Below are positions 49,501-62,745 of a stretch of 64,000 nt of DNA, one piece after another. The position numbers were made by a program, and so were the translations under genes. Each line of letters opens with the position of its first letter. Within the stretch, counting starts at the first letter, position 1. Under the pieces are notes generated by a model, which saw only the letters and a program-made list of their open reading frames with translations, was not told where the DNA came from and did no database searches. The stretch covers positions 28,892,001 to 28,956,000 of the forward strand of contig OZ038378.1 in assembly GCA_964036045.1 (NCBI GenBank). The letters are read 5' to 3'. Origin of the DNA: Eutreptiella sp. 'Long Island Sound 2002'. Lineage: Eukaryota > Protista > Euglenida.

Positions 49501-51852
49501 GGCATTAGGAGTGGTAATACCCAACCGTAGGGAGTTCAGCCCAGTGACGGACAGCCTCCACAGGGACGCATCCTACAGTAGTTGTAAAGCGTATCATAGA
49601 GTGTTATCCAAAGATGTTTTGCGGTCTTGTCGTTTAGGCTGGCCTTGTAGAGGACCTCTGGGACTAAATCCCATTCACCAATGTCAGTGTCTTCCATCTC
49701 CGCTATTGACATAATGCCCCGGCACTCATTAAAAAACATGGGATTTGATCCTTCCCCAATGTAGAATGGGGGGCTAGCAACCGGATGTGTCATTGTTCTG
49801 GTTTCACCCGTTGCTTAATGGACGTGACGGTTGATGTGATGACCACTGCATGCATCCAGCTACCATTAGCACGTGTGAGGGTCCTTGAGAATTTGCTAAA
49901 GAACTACGGGTCCAATGGAAGTTGGTTCAATAACTTGTCACTCCATTTTGGCAGCTTGACATCTTCCGGCGCCACCACTACAATATTGATTGTTGCCGAC
50001 TGAAAAAGTGGGATGAGCTGAGAGCTAACAGCGGACTTACCAAGTTGTGAGACTTTCGGTTCTTCTAGCACAAACAGCACGTGAGGGTCAAAATGTGGAA
50101 TGCGGGCTTTTAGGTCCGCTGTACTAAGGTCTCCTTGCGCTTTCCATGAGAGTGTAGCCCGTCCCATACTCGGGAGGGTTAGAGACCAAAACACAAACTT
50201 GAAATCCTTGCACAAGAATCGGAGTTACAAATTTTGTTGTTCCGTGGGCTGTAGTTGAGTAGTCTGTTCTACACTAGCTCCAAGCTTAGAAGCAAGGATG
50301 ATCTGCACTGCAGAAAAGTGGCTTGAGCAAATCCTACCATGGCCAAGTTATTGGCCACATCCACGGCCGCACGGGCTCGTACCGAGTGACTAGCCTGGCG
50401 GTCAACTTGGCTCTAGGTCCGGACATCATAACAGGCGGACGGTCTTTGCGGCTCCATATGGACGATGCACCATATGCTGCAATGTCCTTGTTTCGTTTTG
50501 CGTGGGGCACACTATGCGCATGCATACTGCCGCAAACCCCGCACCTAGGGCACCATAAAAAAAATGCACGGTTTTTGAAAACAAGCGCACAACAAGGCCC
50601 CCTCGAACTGAAAAGTATGATCAATGAAAATTTTAGCAAGCACCATAAACGATGACGAATTGCGGTCAAATCTTACATTTCCTCTATACCGAGTCGTATC
50701 TGAAAGACACAGTTCTGGTGGCGTTTTAAACTAATGATGCGGGATCCCGACCTTGTTCAGAAATGCTGCGAGGTGTCATTGGCACCCCCTCGAGAAATGT
50801 GTAAAACACATCCATAAACGGGCAGACATCGATAAGTTGCATTTTCCAGACAAGCTGAAAGACGGCCCCCTAATTGGACAAGTGTAGCGAGGTGAATGTT
50901 GATCTAATGGGCCCCACATAGTCGTTCAATGCTCTGATTTCTATAATTTTCGGTGTAATGATTAGCCCTCAATGGCACGTCTCTATGTAAAAATGTTGAC
51001 GGCGCCAGCCTAGTGATTGGAAACCCATACCATGACTAAAACATACATTCTCTGTCCAAAGGAGAAGGCAGAGATGGACAAATTGGAAGGAACTTGCAAA
51101 GTCCACTTATACCACTACTATGCTCCCCATCATTGCCTCTCTGAGCTAAGCATCTGGTCACACCTGCACACAATCAGCCCCCTATTGTTACATCCGACGT
51201 CACATCAAAGTCTAAGTCCTCATTTGTTGCAGCTGCAGGATCAAAACCCGTGTACTGTAAGGTTGTCCTGCTTGGTAGGGTCCTCATACACGGGTGTTAC
51301 AACAGGTGCTTTGGTTTTGTCGTTTTCCACTGCACCAAATTTGTTGTCACCATGGCTCAATCCTCAGGTATGTCCTGAGGTCCCTGGCCGGCCAATGCAG
51401 GGGCGGCCGTTGCGCAACCCCCTCTGATTCGCTGTCAAAAGCTACAGATGCTACGGGCTCCTTGGAAGCAGGGCAGCGCTTGCCACGGTGGGGTGCCATT
51501 TGGATGCCTTTTGATGCCGATGGGCATGACATGGAGCCCATTTCAAACAACCAGATGCATGTTTTCATCCCATGACCCCGCCCTCTCCCAGACACCCCAA
51601 CACACATGCAAAAAGCACTCCACAGCAAAATTGCATCCTGCCCATCAGCGAGACTTTTTTCGACAAAAACATAATGTCTACAATGTGGGGAGCACGTGGA
51701 AAAATTGTACAGCCTAATGGGCAAACCAATTTGTGAAAAATGCAATTGGATGTGCAACCTGCAGCACAAGCGCTTGGGTGTGTGGTGGCATCGTACTAAT
51801 TTCTAACCACGGAGAAAACACAACAAAAAAGCACCATGTTGCAGCAGCAACA

Positions 51853-52317
51853 AACTACCCCCCGCCCCCCTTGCAAACTCCCGGGTTAGTGTGCGACGGT
51901 CTCCCGGGTGGGGGGGGGAGACGGTCGCCAAGTGACGGTCTCCCCGGGGGGGGGGGGGGGGATTGCAAGGGGTATTTCAAGGCAAACTATGGTACCCTCC
52001 ACTAATGCAAGCAAAGAGAACATGTTTGAACCGACTTTCGCGTTGATGCCAATGTGCTTTATCCAACACAAATGTTATTGGGGATCCAAAGGAACGGTAA
52101 AGAACTTCTGGGTACGAGAATAACACACTTTGAACTGTTGCACGTGCTCAGTTTGCATGACAGGCACGTGGTGTGTTGCTAAGCAGGTGTAAAGCAGATG
52201 GGCAACACAAACGAGCACAATACATGTTAACTAGAAAAACATGCAAGTGACGGTCTCCCGGGTGGGGGGGGGGATTGCAAGGGGGGAGAGTTTGCAGGGG
52301 GGGGGGGGGTTAGCTTG
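51853..52317. mobile_element. Possible MITE with ~30-bp C/G-run TIRs
   Basis: aactacccc..cttgcaaactc vs gagtttgcagggg..ttagctt; internal gacggtctccc repeats at ~51895, ~51935 and ~52249; no TSD found. Confidence 0.4.
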
Positions 52318-55300
52318 GACAGAAGAATTTTTGTTCGCCTGTGAATAACCGCCACTAACCAACACCGTAGGTAGCCAAATAGATGGCCAATGACGTCATG
52401 CCACCATATAACAGGGGTATAGGCTCACATTCACCGAAACCCTAAAAGTTGAATATTGCATATTTGCTGCAAAGCTCCCTCTTCATATCCACATTCAGCA
52501 ACCGAGTACTTTGTTGTTGCAATACGACACCTTTGAGGCCATTCCTCCGGCGGTGAAAGATTTGTGCAGAAATTTTACGGCGGTAGCGCTATATAATTTT
52601 ACGGCGGCAACGCCGTAAAAATGCTTTCCTAGACCTAGTGGACCATGCAAGTCCCCCAAATTCTCCATCTCAGCCCTACCTCACCCTACAAAAGAGCTTG
52701 CAACTGACCTCACCTTCGTAAGGCGAGGTTACTATTATTGTCCACACCATCGTCTCGTTATTTGATCATGCTTGCATGTGGAGAGGTGACGAGAAGGAAA
52801 AGGGGGTGTAGTCTCTATTCCGGGTCAACTCTCCATGCTACCCGACTGCTTCCCCTCCAATACCGGTGCCGCTTTACAGTGATGGCGTTGTCAACGTTTA
52901 AGTTAGAATTGTGCCAAACCGCCGAACAACCCCCTTTTGGAATTCCCTACATTTATCCGTGGTGTTTACCCGCACACCCCACGTTTACGGGTCTACGCGT
53001 GCACACAACGCACCCCAAGTTCTAGCACAACTCATGCATGGCATGGCAGGCACCCTGAACGACTCATTTTGAGTACCCACTCCGTATGCCGTAGCAGCAA
53101 AGGGAGCGCATGTTTGTTGTGTAGCTTTGTTTCATTAGTAGATCCATGTGGGAAGTGTACCTACAGTGCAGGTGCATAAACCTCATAAAGGGCGTGGGCC
53201 ATGAGTTTTGTGATTGTGTTTATGTGTTGTGTCGTGTTGTGCGGTGCTTTTGTGTTTTGGTAGCCTTCCTTGTCATTGATGCTGGTGCATATTGTCAATG
53301 TGTTAGTTCACGATCAGTGTGTGCTATGTTTGCTTTTTGCTGCCGCCTATGAGTATGTGGCTTTCATGCGTGGTATGTGCTCCATTGTGTTCTCCGGCAC
53401 GTAGGCATGCTGACGGAAATGTTTCAGGGGGATCCCACTAACCCAATGTGTATCCGCGCCGGTGCACGCCACGCGCTACTTTTACAGCAAGGTTGCCCAG
53501 AATGGGTTGGCTTTTACGCCCTCCCTAAATGCCCCCTAAGCAGAGCAAACTGTTGGGAAAAAGACTTGTGTAAACATCCCCCCTTGCCACCAACCTTGCA
53601 CATGCAAAATCACATGCTTTCTTCATGCAACACAGGGCACACACCTCACCACCATCCCGTTCATCGTCGACATCAATCTCTTCTCAAACATCCCCCCACA
53701 CACGGGCGGGCAAATGGGGCCCAGGGCCAGAAGGAGGGTACCAAGATTGGTCCCAAATACAAAATTGGGTCAAGTGCAACATGATACGAGTATTGCCAAC
53801 TCAAGGGGCCACTAGGTTGGTCCCCGAAGAAATAACTGCGGGTGCTTGGTTGGGCAAGACCGCCTATTCACGGTGCTATGCGCTAACCGCGTCAAGTGCT
53901 CACCCACAATGTACCTCCCGCCGTATGTTTTTGCCTGCTAACGGCATTTAGGCGGCCCATTTGGGGATACCCCCCACGAAGGTGCTTGTCAAACATCTTA
54001 CTGCAAAAAAGGAGTGACAGAACAGGGCAAACTTCGATGATTAGTCCATTTTCCCTATGCAAAGCTGCACTCACCCCCTTTTTTGCCATGTTTTTGGGTT
54101 GCAAGAAATGGGTCCCAAAAGGGGAAAAGGCTACTTTCGGGGGCGGTTTGGTTGCATGTCCCGGATGAGCCTGCTCCAAATCTGGAGGGCTATGAGGCCT
54201 AGCATGATCTGCATGGTGTGTGCCCCCTTGTTTGCAACACAGTGGCAAAATCACGAAACCATGGGTATAGGTGCAGGTTTTAGGTGCATGTTCATGGCAA
54301 GTATCGAACACTCAAAATGTTGACAACCATTGTTCTAAAAACGCTTGGTTATCGACAGAATCCCCACAGGTAAAAGTGGTCACGACACAAGAGGAGAGTT
54401 TGGCACTAAGACATTGAAATTCATCTTCATAGATACAACTGTGGCAGTGGTGTCATCCAACAGGGTATCATTGTTGAACTTTCGGCATTATGCAATGGCC
54501 CGTGCTGTACCATGCAGCAATGTACACAACCATGTCACGCATAATGTTACACAGTGGTGGGTCATGTAATGCATAGCAAGACAATGTGCCTAGAGTCCAA
54601 ATTGCTTGCAATCTGAGAAGCCAAGAGCATGCACATCTTGCTTGACAGCCCCACTAGGAATCAACAGGCCTATGAAACAGGCACGCATGGACAAAAGGCT
54701 GCGTGGCAATATCCATTATCATGGTGGGTTTTGTCTTTTCCCCATTTTAGCAAAGGAATACTTGCCATTTGAAGGCCAAAAGCCGGCACGTTTCATTAGT
54801 AAAATGCCATTAACACACAAGTTCTATGACGCTATATACTTGCTACATGGCGGGGCCCAGGAAATTAAACGACCCCCTTCGCGCTCATTGCAAGACTCAG
54901 TTGCACAAAACCCCTCGTGTGTTTGATTTCACCTCTCCATGGACACACGTAGCTTCCCATTACAGATACACCTAAAATGCATGCCGTCTGAATTCTGACG
55001 AGCAATTCACACGCAGCACCACACTTCTATGTAGTGCTTTGGATTGGAAACTAGGTGTGTTTGCTTCCTTGATACCATGGCCCTCCTTTGCATAGCGTGG
55101 TGTAGATATAGGAGTGGCAACCCGATGCAACTTGCATTGCACAGCTGAAAATAAGGTGATAAGTGGAAAAAACAGCAAACTAGGGGGGAAAAAGGAGATC
55201 TCGAATCAATCCAACCCTGCTCATTGGGCATTGAGGCACCAATCAGTAACATTGGTGTGTCATCACAATCACTTGGCACCTAATCCCGTACGTGCGGAAG

Positions 55301-56445
55301 CATGTGAGGAGAGCGAAGATACCAGGAGCGCGTGACGTACCTATGGCCATTGTCTTATGTGTCTACGCGGATTTTGTCGCATAGAATAGAATTTGTGGGT
55401 GTGTGGTTCAACGGAGACGAAAAGATGCGTCCTATTGCATGTTGCTTGCGATGAACAGACAAATCAGCACGGAAATTCAACGTGTAATGCACCGCATGTT
55501 GGATGCATGCGCCTCTGTGTTTATAATATGCACGACTGGGCTAGCAAGGCTCAGAATTGTTGATGAGGCACTCGTGTGGCGATCCCTATCCTGTGATCTC
55601 CGACACTGATGACAGAGGGGGGTTGAAATCGTCGCTGCGGCACTACTGCATACCGCAGCAGGTGCTTTCTGCAAGTTCAAGGCGATGGCCCATGACCACC
55701 ACCTCAGTGATCCCATGCCCAGTCGCAGATTATGCATTACGCTCCCTGGGCCTTGATTCCATCAGTCATCATTTCATGTGGTGTAAGATTCTCACACAGC
55801 CGACACCAATCCCGAACCCCCCTCCCCCGAATCCAATACACCGATCAAACAACCATCAATTCACTGCAACATCACAGCACATTCCCAACACAACCCACTG
55901 TCGGCTCCAGAGTCATTGCAGAGTGATACTGCAGTCATGCCACACCATCATCATGCCTTCGCACGATAGCCACAGTGTGCAAAACTTCCAACGCTTCCAG
56001 ATGCAACACCAGGCCCCTGCTGCCCATCATCGCAGCTCCCGACAAGCCCCTCACAAAACAGCCGCTCCCTTCTGCCCTGGCTAGCACCACCTCCCTGCCC
56101 TAATCGCCTCACATCCCTCCAGTAGATGTTCATAAAAAACAGTGGAAGTGTGTATGCACCTGCCAGGAACAAACAACCCCCGGACAGGGACACACAACAC
56201 AATCACATTCGTCTTTCATTGAGATGGACCCTCCCCCCTCAAGTACACTACAGCCCCCCGCCCCCAAATGTACACTTGCGTGCTGACTGCGCTCTTTGCA
56301 GAGCCCTTGGGAGCCCTTCATCATTTTCTCCACTAAAACACCCCATCACCCACTCTCTTTCATGACACTTGTCTGACGCCCTGTTGTCGTCGACGTGCGT
56401 GAACCAAACCTGCACGTACCTCTGATTTGACGCCACACCACAGCC

Positions 56446-59400
56446 TCAACATGGAAGGTTGGACATCAGGCGGCCCCTCTGAGCTACCCGCCTCCGAATA
56501 GGGTCTGGCGGCATGTGCCGTCTCTGCCGGCGGCAGCACGGGAGTGGGCAGTGGGATCAACAGCCCAACAATGCTCTGTTCCCGGATCTCAAGAAACACA
56601 ACCGACGTCACTCAACTGAAAGCAGGTCACACAAAAGACACGGGACATCGGTTGCACCACACAACACCCAAGCAGCTTTTTGTGGGGCCCTGCCGCGCGC
56701 TGGGGCCAGCAGCTTCGCTGGTGCACCCCCTGGCTCAGAATGGTGTATGAAGAAGGGACAGAGAAAGGCGCACTTCATCACTACTGAGCCTAAAACCACG
56801 GCAGCCGGCCACTCCCTGCGGTCGGTGTACGGCCGACTGCCGTCAGCTGTGCATCAACCGCTGTTGGTTGACGGCCAACTCACGTGCATTCATCATGAAC
56901 CGCCCTTTGACGTCGGCTGCTCACAGACCGCTGCCTGCGGAACGCCCATCAACAACCGACCCCCAGCGGTCGTGCAACCGGAGACAGAGTACCGCGTGAC
57001 AACCGCTCGGCCCAGCGGTGCATCTCGTGCCCAGGGGGGTCACCAGAGCCAGCCCCCCCTGAAATGCTTCTGCGCTGCCGTGTGATGCGCCTGTGACATG
57101 AACAATACCGACTTGCCGGTGGCATCGTAGCACAGCCCCCGCGTGTAAGGCAATGGGCTGGTCGCGGCACTGTGGCGAGCGGACGCCGCGTACTCGCCGG
57201 CAGGCACGCCCTCACTGTAGGGGCGGCTGCCCAGCAGCCGGATGGCGGATTTGTGGCGCGGGTCTTTCTCGACCTGCGGTGGCGAAACGGGTGCTGTGCC
57301 CAGTGCCAGGCTAGAGGGAAGGGCAGGGTTGTTTTAGAGAGGGGGGGTGGGGGAGGGGGCTTCTGAGATCCAAAGGTTTGTGTGCCAAAAATGGCCCAAA
57401 ATCGTTTCCCTTTACAAAATTCAATTTTCCCTTAAGGAATTTTTTGACGGGCCCAGAGGGGGGGGGGGGGGCAGGGTTGTGCCTGAAGGGGGTGTTGGGA
57501 GGGGAGGGGAGGGTCTGGTACGGTCTGGTATATCTGGTGGTGCGCCGGGGTGGGGGCTGTGCATAGGACCACCCGAGGCCATAGCACCAGGGAATCACCC
57601 CGCTGGATTTTCGCCAATGCCTGAGTTCTCCTGCTTCGTGTCTGTCGGAGTGGTGCCTTGCTCGCTGTGGTCCTGCTCCCCAGGTTGGCGACATTGCTCT
57701 CCGTGCATTCCATCCTCTGCACCTTCTCTGCCCTCCTGGGATGGACCGTCGCTCTGCCTGGGACCATCTCCCCCTGGGGCTGTCCTGCGCTCTGAATCCT
57801 TCGAGAACCTCCTCCTTCGATCTCCCCGAACTGAGGGGCCCTTTGTCCGGTCGCCATGCTCCCCTGGGAGGCGATGTTGCTCTGTGCTCATGCCCCTTTT
57901 AGGGTCTCGGGCTCTCCCCCCAGCCGATTGATGCTTCTGCTCTGTGGGACTGTCTCAATCAGGTGTCTCCGCCTTGGATCCATGCTCCTGAGTTGAGTTG
58001 TCTCGGTGCTTTGCATCTGGCTGTGGAGGGGGGGCGTGGCTTGGGGTGGGGGGGGTGGGGGAGCTGGGCTGGGCTGTCACCCCGCTACCTACCACCCCCC
58101 TGCTCCCCTCTCTTCTTACCCTCTCTCCTCCTCCCCCTTGCCAACACACAAACATACACCGTGCCGTCTTCTGGTCCTTGTGTCGTCCCGTGTCATCTGG
58201 TCCAGTATGGCCATTTGTCTCCAGCTTGTCACGGGACCTCATCCCTGCCATTCTGCGGTTGCTTGCGGGAGTCGTCACCGCATTTCAATGGGGCCCTCTT
58301 GCCCACAACCCACCTTGAGGGATTTAGGATGTTGGCTGTCACACTGGCGCCCCCCCCCCCCCCCTCTCCCGGTCTCAACCTTCCTCCCCTGCCCCCCCCC
58401 ACTGGGGTGGCCTCTCCTGGGACCCACATGACGGGGTCCAAATAAGGTGCGCTGCACCCAGAAGCTCCGAGACAGAAGGAAGCTGACTCGCAGGTAACCA
58501 ATACACATGGACAAAACTGCACGAGATGATGAATTATATATATACTGTCCATGTTGACAGTACTCCCATGCTGACAGCATTGGGTTCATGAAATCCAAAG
58601 AGGCAATCCCGTACCTGGAGAAGTGGATGGCTGGTATCAGCACGCCAGCACCAACGGGCGCTGGCAGCTTGACAGTAAGGTTTCAAAACCTTTCCATGCG
58701 TGCCAGAAAGGAATGGGATACTACAGCAACAGCCCTTGCCCCCCCCCCCCCCCCAAAAGATAGTGTTGACCCTGAATGAATCAGACGAACCAACAACACC
58801 CCAAAAAATTGAAAAAATCTCGTTGGGCTGTTTCCTGATTTTCTCGAAGCTTGAAGGGGGGTGTTGTGGGGGGGGGAGAGCCTTGCCGAAAAAATATTCT
58901 AATTCAGGCCTCAGGTCAAGCACAAGGCTGGGGAAGGGTACGGAATGGGGGCTGGACCAAGGGGGCCTTCAATGATCAGGTTGCAGTGTCTGCATTGAGC
59001 TCCGGCCATGCCTGCTCCCCACGGCTTTCAGCACCCACTGTCCGAGGGAGCTCTGAGTTCTTGGCATACGGTTGAAAGTGCACTGCAAGCAAGCCAGCAC
59101 TGAGACATCGGTTGAGCGCGAATGAACCTCTGTGGGGAAGATTGCGCTCGGTTCGGGAGGCAGAGTGTGACGAAATCCGTGCTCCTCTTCACCGCACACA
59201 CACACACACGCGCGCGCACACGCACATGCGTTTAGAAGATTAAGATCAAAGAGTCATGTGTGCATCCTGTTGATGTACACATGTTGATGCTGTAGAGCAC
59301 AAAAGGATCTGGCAGACCCTGTGATAATCATGAAAACAGACACAACATCAAACAATGACTGGTGCTTGCTTGAGAAGCAGGCTGGGAAATCATGTCAAAA

Positions 59401-59663
59401 AAACAATGCCTCAACCCTGGCCGTTGGTGCAGGTGGGGGCAGGAACGGGCTGCAGGCACTGATGGGCGGGGACAACCAGCTGCTGCAGCTCCTGCCTCGC
59501 CTCCTCCACAATGCGGTCCGTGGCGGCGGGCTCAAACTTGGGCTGCTGGCTCACGCCTGCGACATATGAGGGCCGCAGGCCAACGGTCTCCTGCAGGACC
59601 GGCACGTCCGTGTCCCGGGGGCCCAGCACTTCGGCCGCCTCCTGCGCTTGGAAGTCGCGCACA
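56446..59663 (-). CDS. Putative 3' part of an unknown host gene; exons 59663-59460, 58720-58615, 57273-57091, 56523-56446
   Basis: Four GC-rich, coding-like segments have AG acceptors and GT/GT/GC donors whose phases (2,2,0,0) join into one 189-aa open frame ending ...FMSQ|RRHMPPDPIRRRVAQRGRLMSNLPC*. The protein was not recognised. Confidence 0.5.
59130..59230. repeat. Short repeat with CA-rich tail (second copy about 60228-60340)
   Basis: gcagagtg..acg.aatccgtg followed by cacacacgcgcgcgcaca at both loci. Confidence 0.6.
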
Positions 59664-60299
59664 CTATGCACTGTGGCCTGAGCAGCGACGCAGGTGGGTT
59701 GGCCTTTGGGGGAGGGCAGGGGCCTGGCAGGGATGCGCTTGAGGGTGAAAGGGGTTTAAATGGGGGGGTGGGACGGGGGGGTTACTGGCCGTTGGCCGCA
59801 TGTCAAAAGGCGCTCCACATATGCACATGCGGGTGTGCATATGCAGCAATGTTCGGCAATTCTTCTTGCATACACTTCACTGGCCTGTTATTGTCCATGA
59901 TATTGGCTATGTTTTGTCAGGCAATTCGGCACAGCGTCCATTTGGAGACCACAGCAAGCCTTGCTCAAAGCTGGCACTCGATCGGTCACAGCTGACTATG
60001 GGGATCTTGAGGTGAAGAGGGTTGGGAAAGTGGGTGGTAAGGGAGAGGAGAAATTCACTTACCTCTCCTAGTCGAGTAGTAGCAGCAAGATTTGTCAGAA
60101 CTTGTTTTGGAGGGTTTAATAGTCAATTTTGTTTGCACTGAATACAACAACGAAAATGATGACTTTTCTGGACCCCCGTGACGCGCTGTTTCAAAATTTT
60201 CGGTTGAGGGTGGGCGCACACGAAACTGCATGGGGGACGACTGCACCCTGTTCAGGACGCAGAGTGCAACGGAATCCGTGGTTTGGTGCCTCCACCCGC

Positions 60300-60440
60300 C
60301 CACCCACCCGCACAAACACACGCGCGCGCACATGCACGTGCACACGCTTACACATGCATACACGCGTGCGCACACACACATGCAAATACAGACACACATG
60401 CTCAAATACAGACACACACACTCAAATACTTACACGCACG

Positions 60441-60478
<38 letters not shown>

Positions 60479-60480
60479 AT
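60300..60480. repeat. (CA)n-rich microsatellite
   Basis: Directly visible. Confidence 0.9.
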
Positions 60481-61140
60481 GAATGCGACAAACAGGGAAC
60501 TGGTCAAGGTGGCCTGAATGTACTAGATCTCGTCAGGTGCAGTGTCGAAACAAAGGCATGTTCAAACATAGCACTGGGCGCCTTTCTGTAATGAGAGACA
60601 TGTAATGGCCAGCGACTCCAGACTGCACCGCAAGACTGCCCCTTGGTGCAGCGTTCATGGAGTACAGGCAGCAATATGCCCCTGCTCTGAGTAGTGAAAC
60701 CGGGTCAGAGTTCACCTTGAGCATCACACCCTCCAAGAAAGACCCCGGACAAGCGACGAACAACAGCTGTCCTCTCAGGGGGTTCCTGTCCCACCCAATA
60801 GATGCACAAAAAGCAGAATCAACCCGCAACTGTCTCCCACTACATATCCCTGTCCTTCACTCTCTTCATTGCATGTGTGTTGCATTGTCTCCACACCCCA
60901 TCCTTTGCTCTGGAGTGACCCCTCTCGGTTTCCACTATACACCCTGTACGGTGCTATAACGCAGTACAAGCAACCCTGGGGGCAAGAGTCGCTGCGCTAT
61001 CCCCAGCACTCAGCTTGCAGGGCCCGATGTCAAGGTTGGCCCTCGTGGCATTGCAAGCCAGGACCACCAGGCCCCCCAGGTACCAACTAGTACCGACAAA
61101 ATTGTGTTTCAATTCATTTGGGTATCCTTGGAGGGGGTTT

Positions 61141-61370
61141 AGGTGCACACACACAGGCACACACACACGCAGGCATACATGCACACACACACACACACTC
61201 GCACTTTCTCAAATGACTGTAAACAAATCTGGCGTGTAACCCACAGCCCCCCCCCCCCCCCACACACACGCACACACACACACACACACACACATGACGG
61301 TGCATGCAGGCACACACACACTTGCACACACACACACGCGCGCACAGACACAGACACACACGCGCACACA
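61141..61370. repeat. (CA)n-rich microsatellite
   Basis: Directly visible. Confidence 0.9.
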
Positions 61371-61925
61371 GGAGGAGGAGGAGGAGGAGATGCGGTCCCC
61401 CGGTAGGGCGCCCCCGCGGCACATCCCCATGGTGCCCGCCGGCCCTCCACGGTCTGGAAAGCGACCAGGAGGGAGGTTTCACCCCAACCCGTCCGGCTAA
61501 GCATCATGGCGGCGGCTCTCCTCTTCGTCTCCTCCCCTTGTCCCCTGGCCCGCGCTACGTGCATGCACCCGCCCTACACGTAGCCGGATCCCCTCCCAGG
61601 GGCACGGAATGGGGGGCGAGGCGGAGCGCCGGCTCCACTTCCGGCACGGTCCACCACCCCCCCAAGGGAAGGGGGACGCAGTTTCACGGGTGCGGGCCCT
61701 TAGCCCACCAGGTACTACCGACTGGGCGGCGTTTGGCCGGCGGGTCACGGGGGCTTGGTCCGTGGCCTGGTCCCCCCCCCTCCCCCAACGCGCGGCACTT
61801 CTGCCGAAGGTGCCCGTGCGCGGGGCCATCCTCTAACCCTCCGGTCGTGTCCCCCCAATCCGCAGTGCTGCACGTCTGCGGAGGGGACACGCAAACCCCC
61901 GCCTCGGTGAATCCAAAGCGAGGGA

Positions 61926-62745
61926 GGCCCCCTCGCCTCAGCGGCGGGGGCCTCGGTGGTCCCAAAGCGAAAGAGGCCCCCTCGCCTCAGCGGCGGGGGC
62001 CTTGGTGATCCCACTGCGAAGGAGGCCCCCTCGCCTCAGCGGCGGGGGCCTCGGTGTCCGAAAGCGAAAGAGGCCCCCTCGCCTCAGCAGAGGGGGCCTC
62101 GGTGGTCCCAAAGCCAAGGAGGCCCCCTCGCCTCCGCGGCGGGGGCCTGGGTGGTCCCGAAGCGAAGGAGGCCCCCTTGCCTCAGCGGCGGGGGCCTCGG
62201 TGGTCCCAAAGCCAAAGAGGCCCCCTCGCCTCAGCGGCGGGGGCCTCGATGGTCCCAAAACGAAAGAGGCCCCCTCGCCTCAGCGGCGGGGGCCTCGATG
62301 GTCCGAAAGCCAAGGAGGCCCCCACCGCCTCAGCGGCGGGGGCCTCGATGGTCCCAAAGCGAAAGAAGGCCCCCTCGCCTCAGCGGCGGGGGCCACGGTG
62401 GTCCCAAAGCGAAAGAGGCCCCCTCGCCTCAGCGGCGGGGGCCTCGGTGGTCCCAAAGCGGCGGAGGCCCCCTCGCCTCAGGGGCGGGGGCCCCGGTAAA
62501 CCCAAAGCGAAAGAGGCCCCCTTGCCTCAGCAGAGGGGGCCTTGATGGTCCCAAAGCCAAAGAGGCCCCCTCGCCTCAGCGGAGGGGGCTTCGATGGTCC
62601 CAAAGCGAAGGAGGCCCCCTCGCCTCAGCGGCGGGGGCAACGGTGGTCCCAAAAAGAAGGAGGCCCCCTCGCCCACGCGGCGGGGGCCTCGGTGATCCCA
62701 ATGCGAAGGAGGCCCCCTCGCCGCAGCGGCGGGGGCCTCGGTGAT
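61926..62745. repeat. 49-bp GC-rich hairpin satellite, about 17 units
   Basis: ggccccc starts at 61926, 61975, 62024 ... 62662, 62711 (mostly a 49-bp period); each unit has a GAGGCCCCC...GGGGGCCTC stem. Confidence 0.97.

Larger units (their letters stand above)
38024..50300 (-). mobile_element. Degenerate L1/Tx1-like LINE: ORF1 fragments, APE, RT, CCHC finger, RNase H 1, RNase H 2 (split by the CMC/Transib-like insertion), STDVxD tail
   Basis: APE: NVDFIGIKEPH (~48700-48662) and RSDHKAV (~48049-48029). RT: APGLDDLPLQFYQSF, LRSIAIQQ, FYVDDM (46864-46875), IKCLGV, REHGGHALP. Finger: CPLCPSKLETITHALRYC. RNH1: NTDGSAK, QTNNRGKL, ATDLD, WIWVPSNV (~45250-44810). RNH2: YTDGSSK...QTNEAAKLLA|VQTALN...ITDSDW...WYHVPSHQDILGNEKA. 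The 5' boundary is approximate. Confidence 0.85.

Noticed and set aside
57230-57273. VEKDPRH resembling the BLUF I..D.RH motif
   Set aside because: The flanking BLUF residues (Tyr, FxQxLEG, WxM) are absent.
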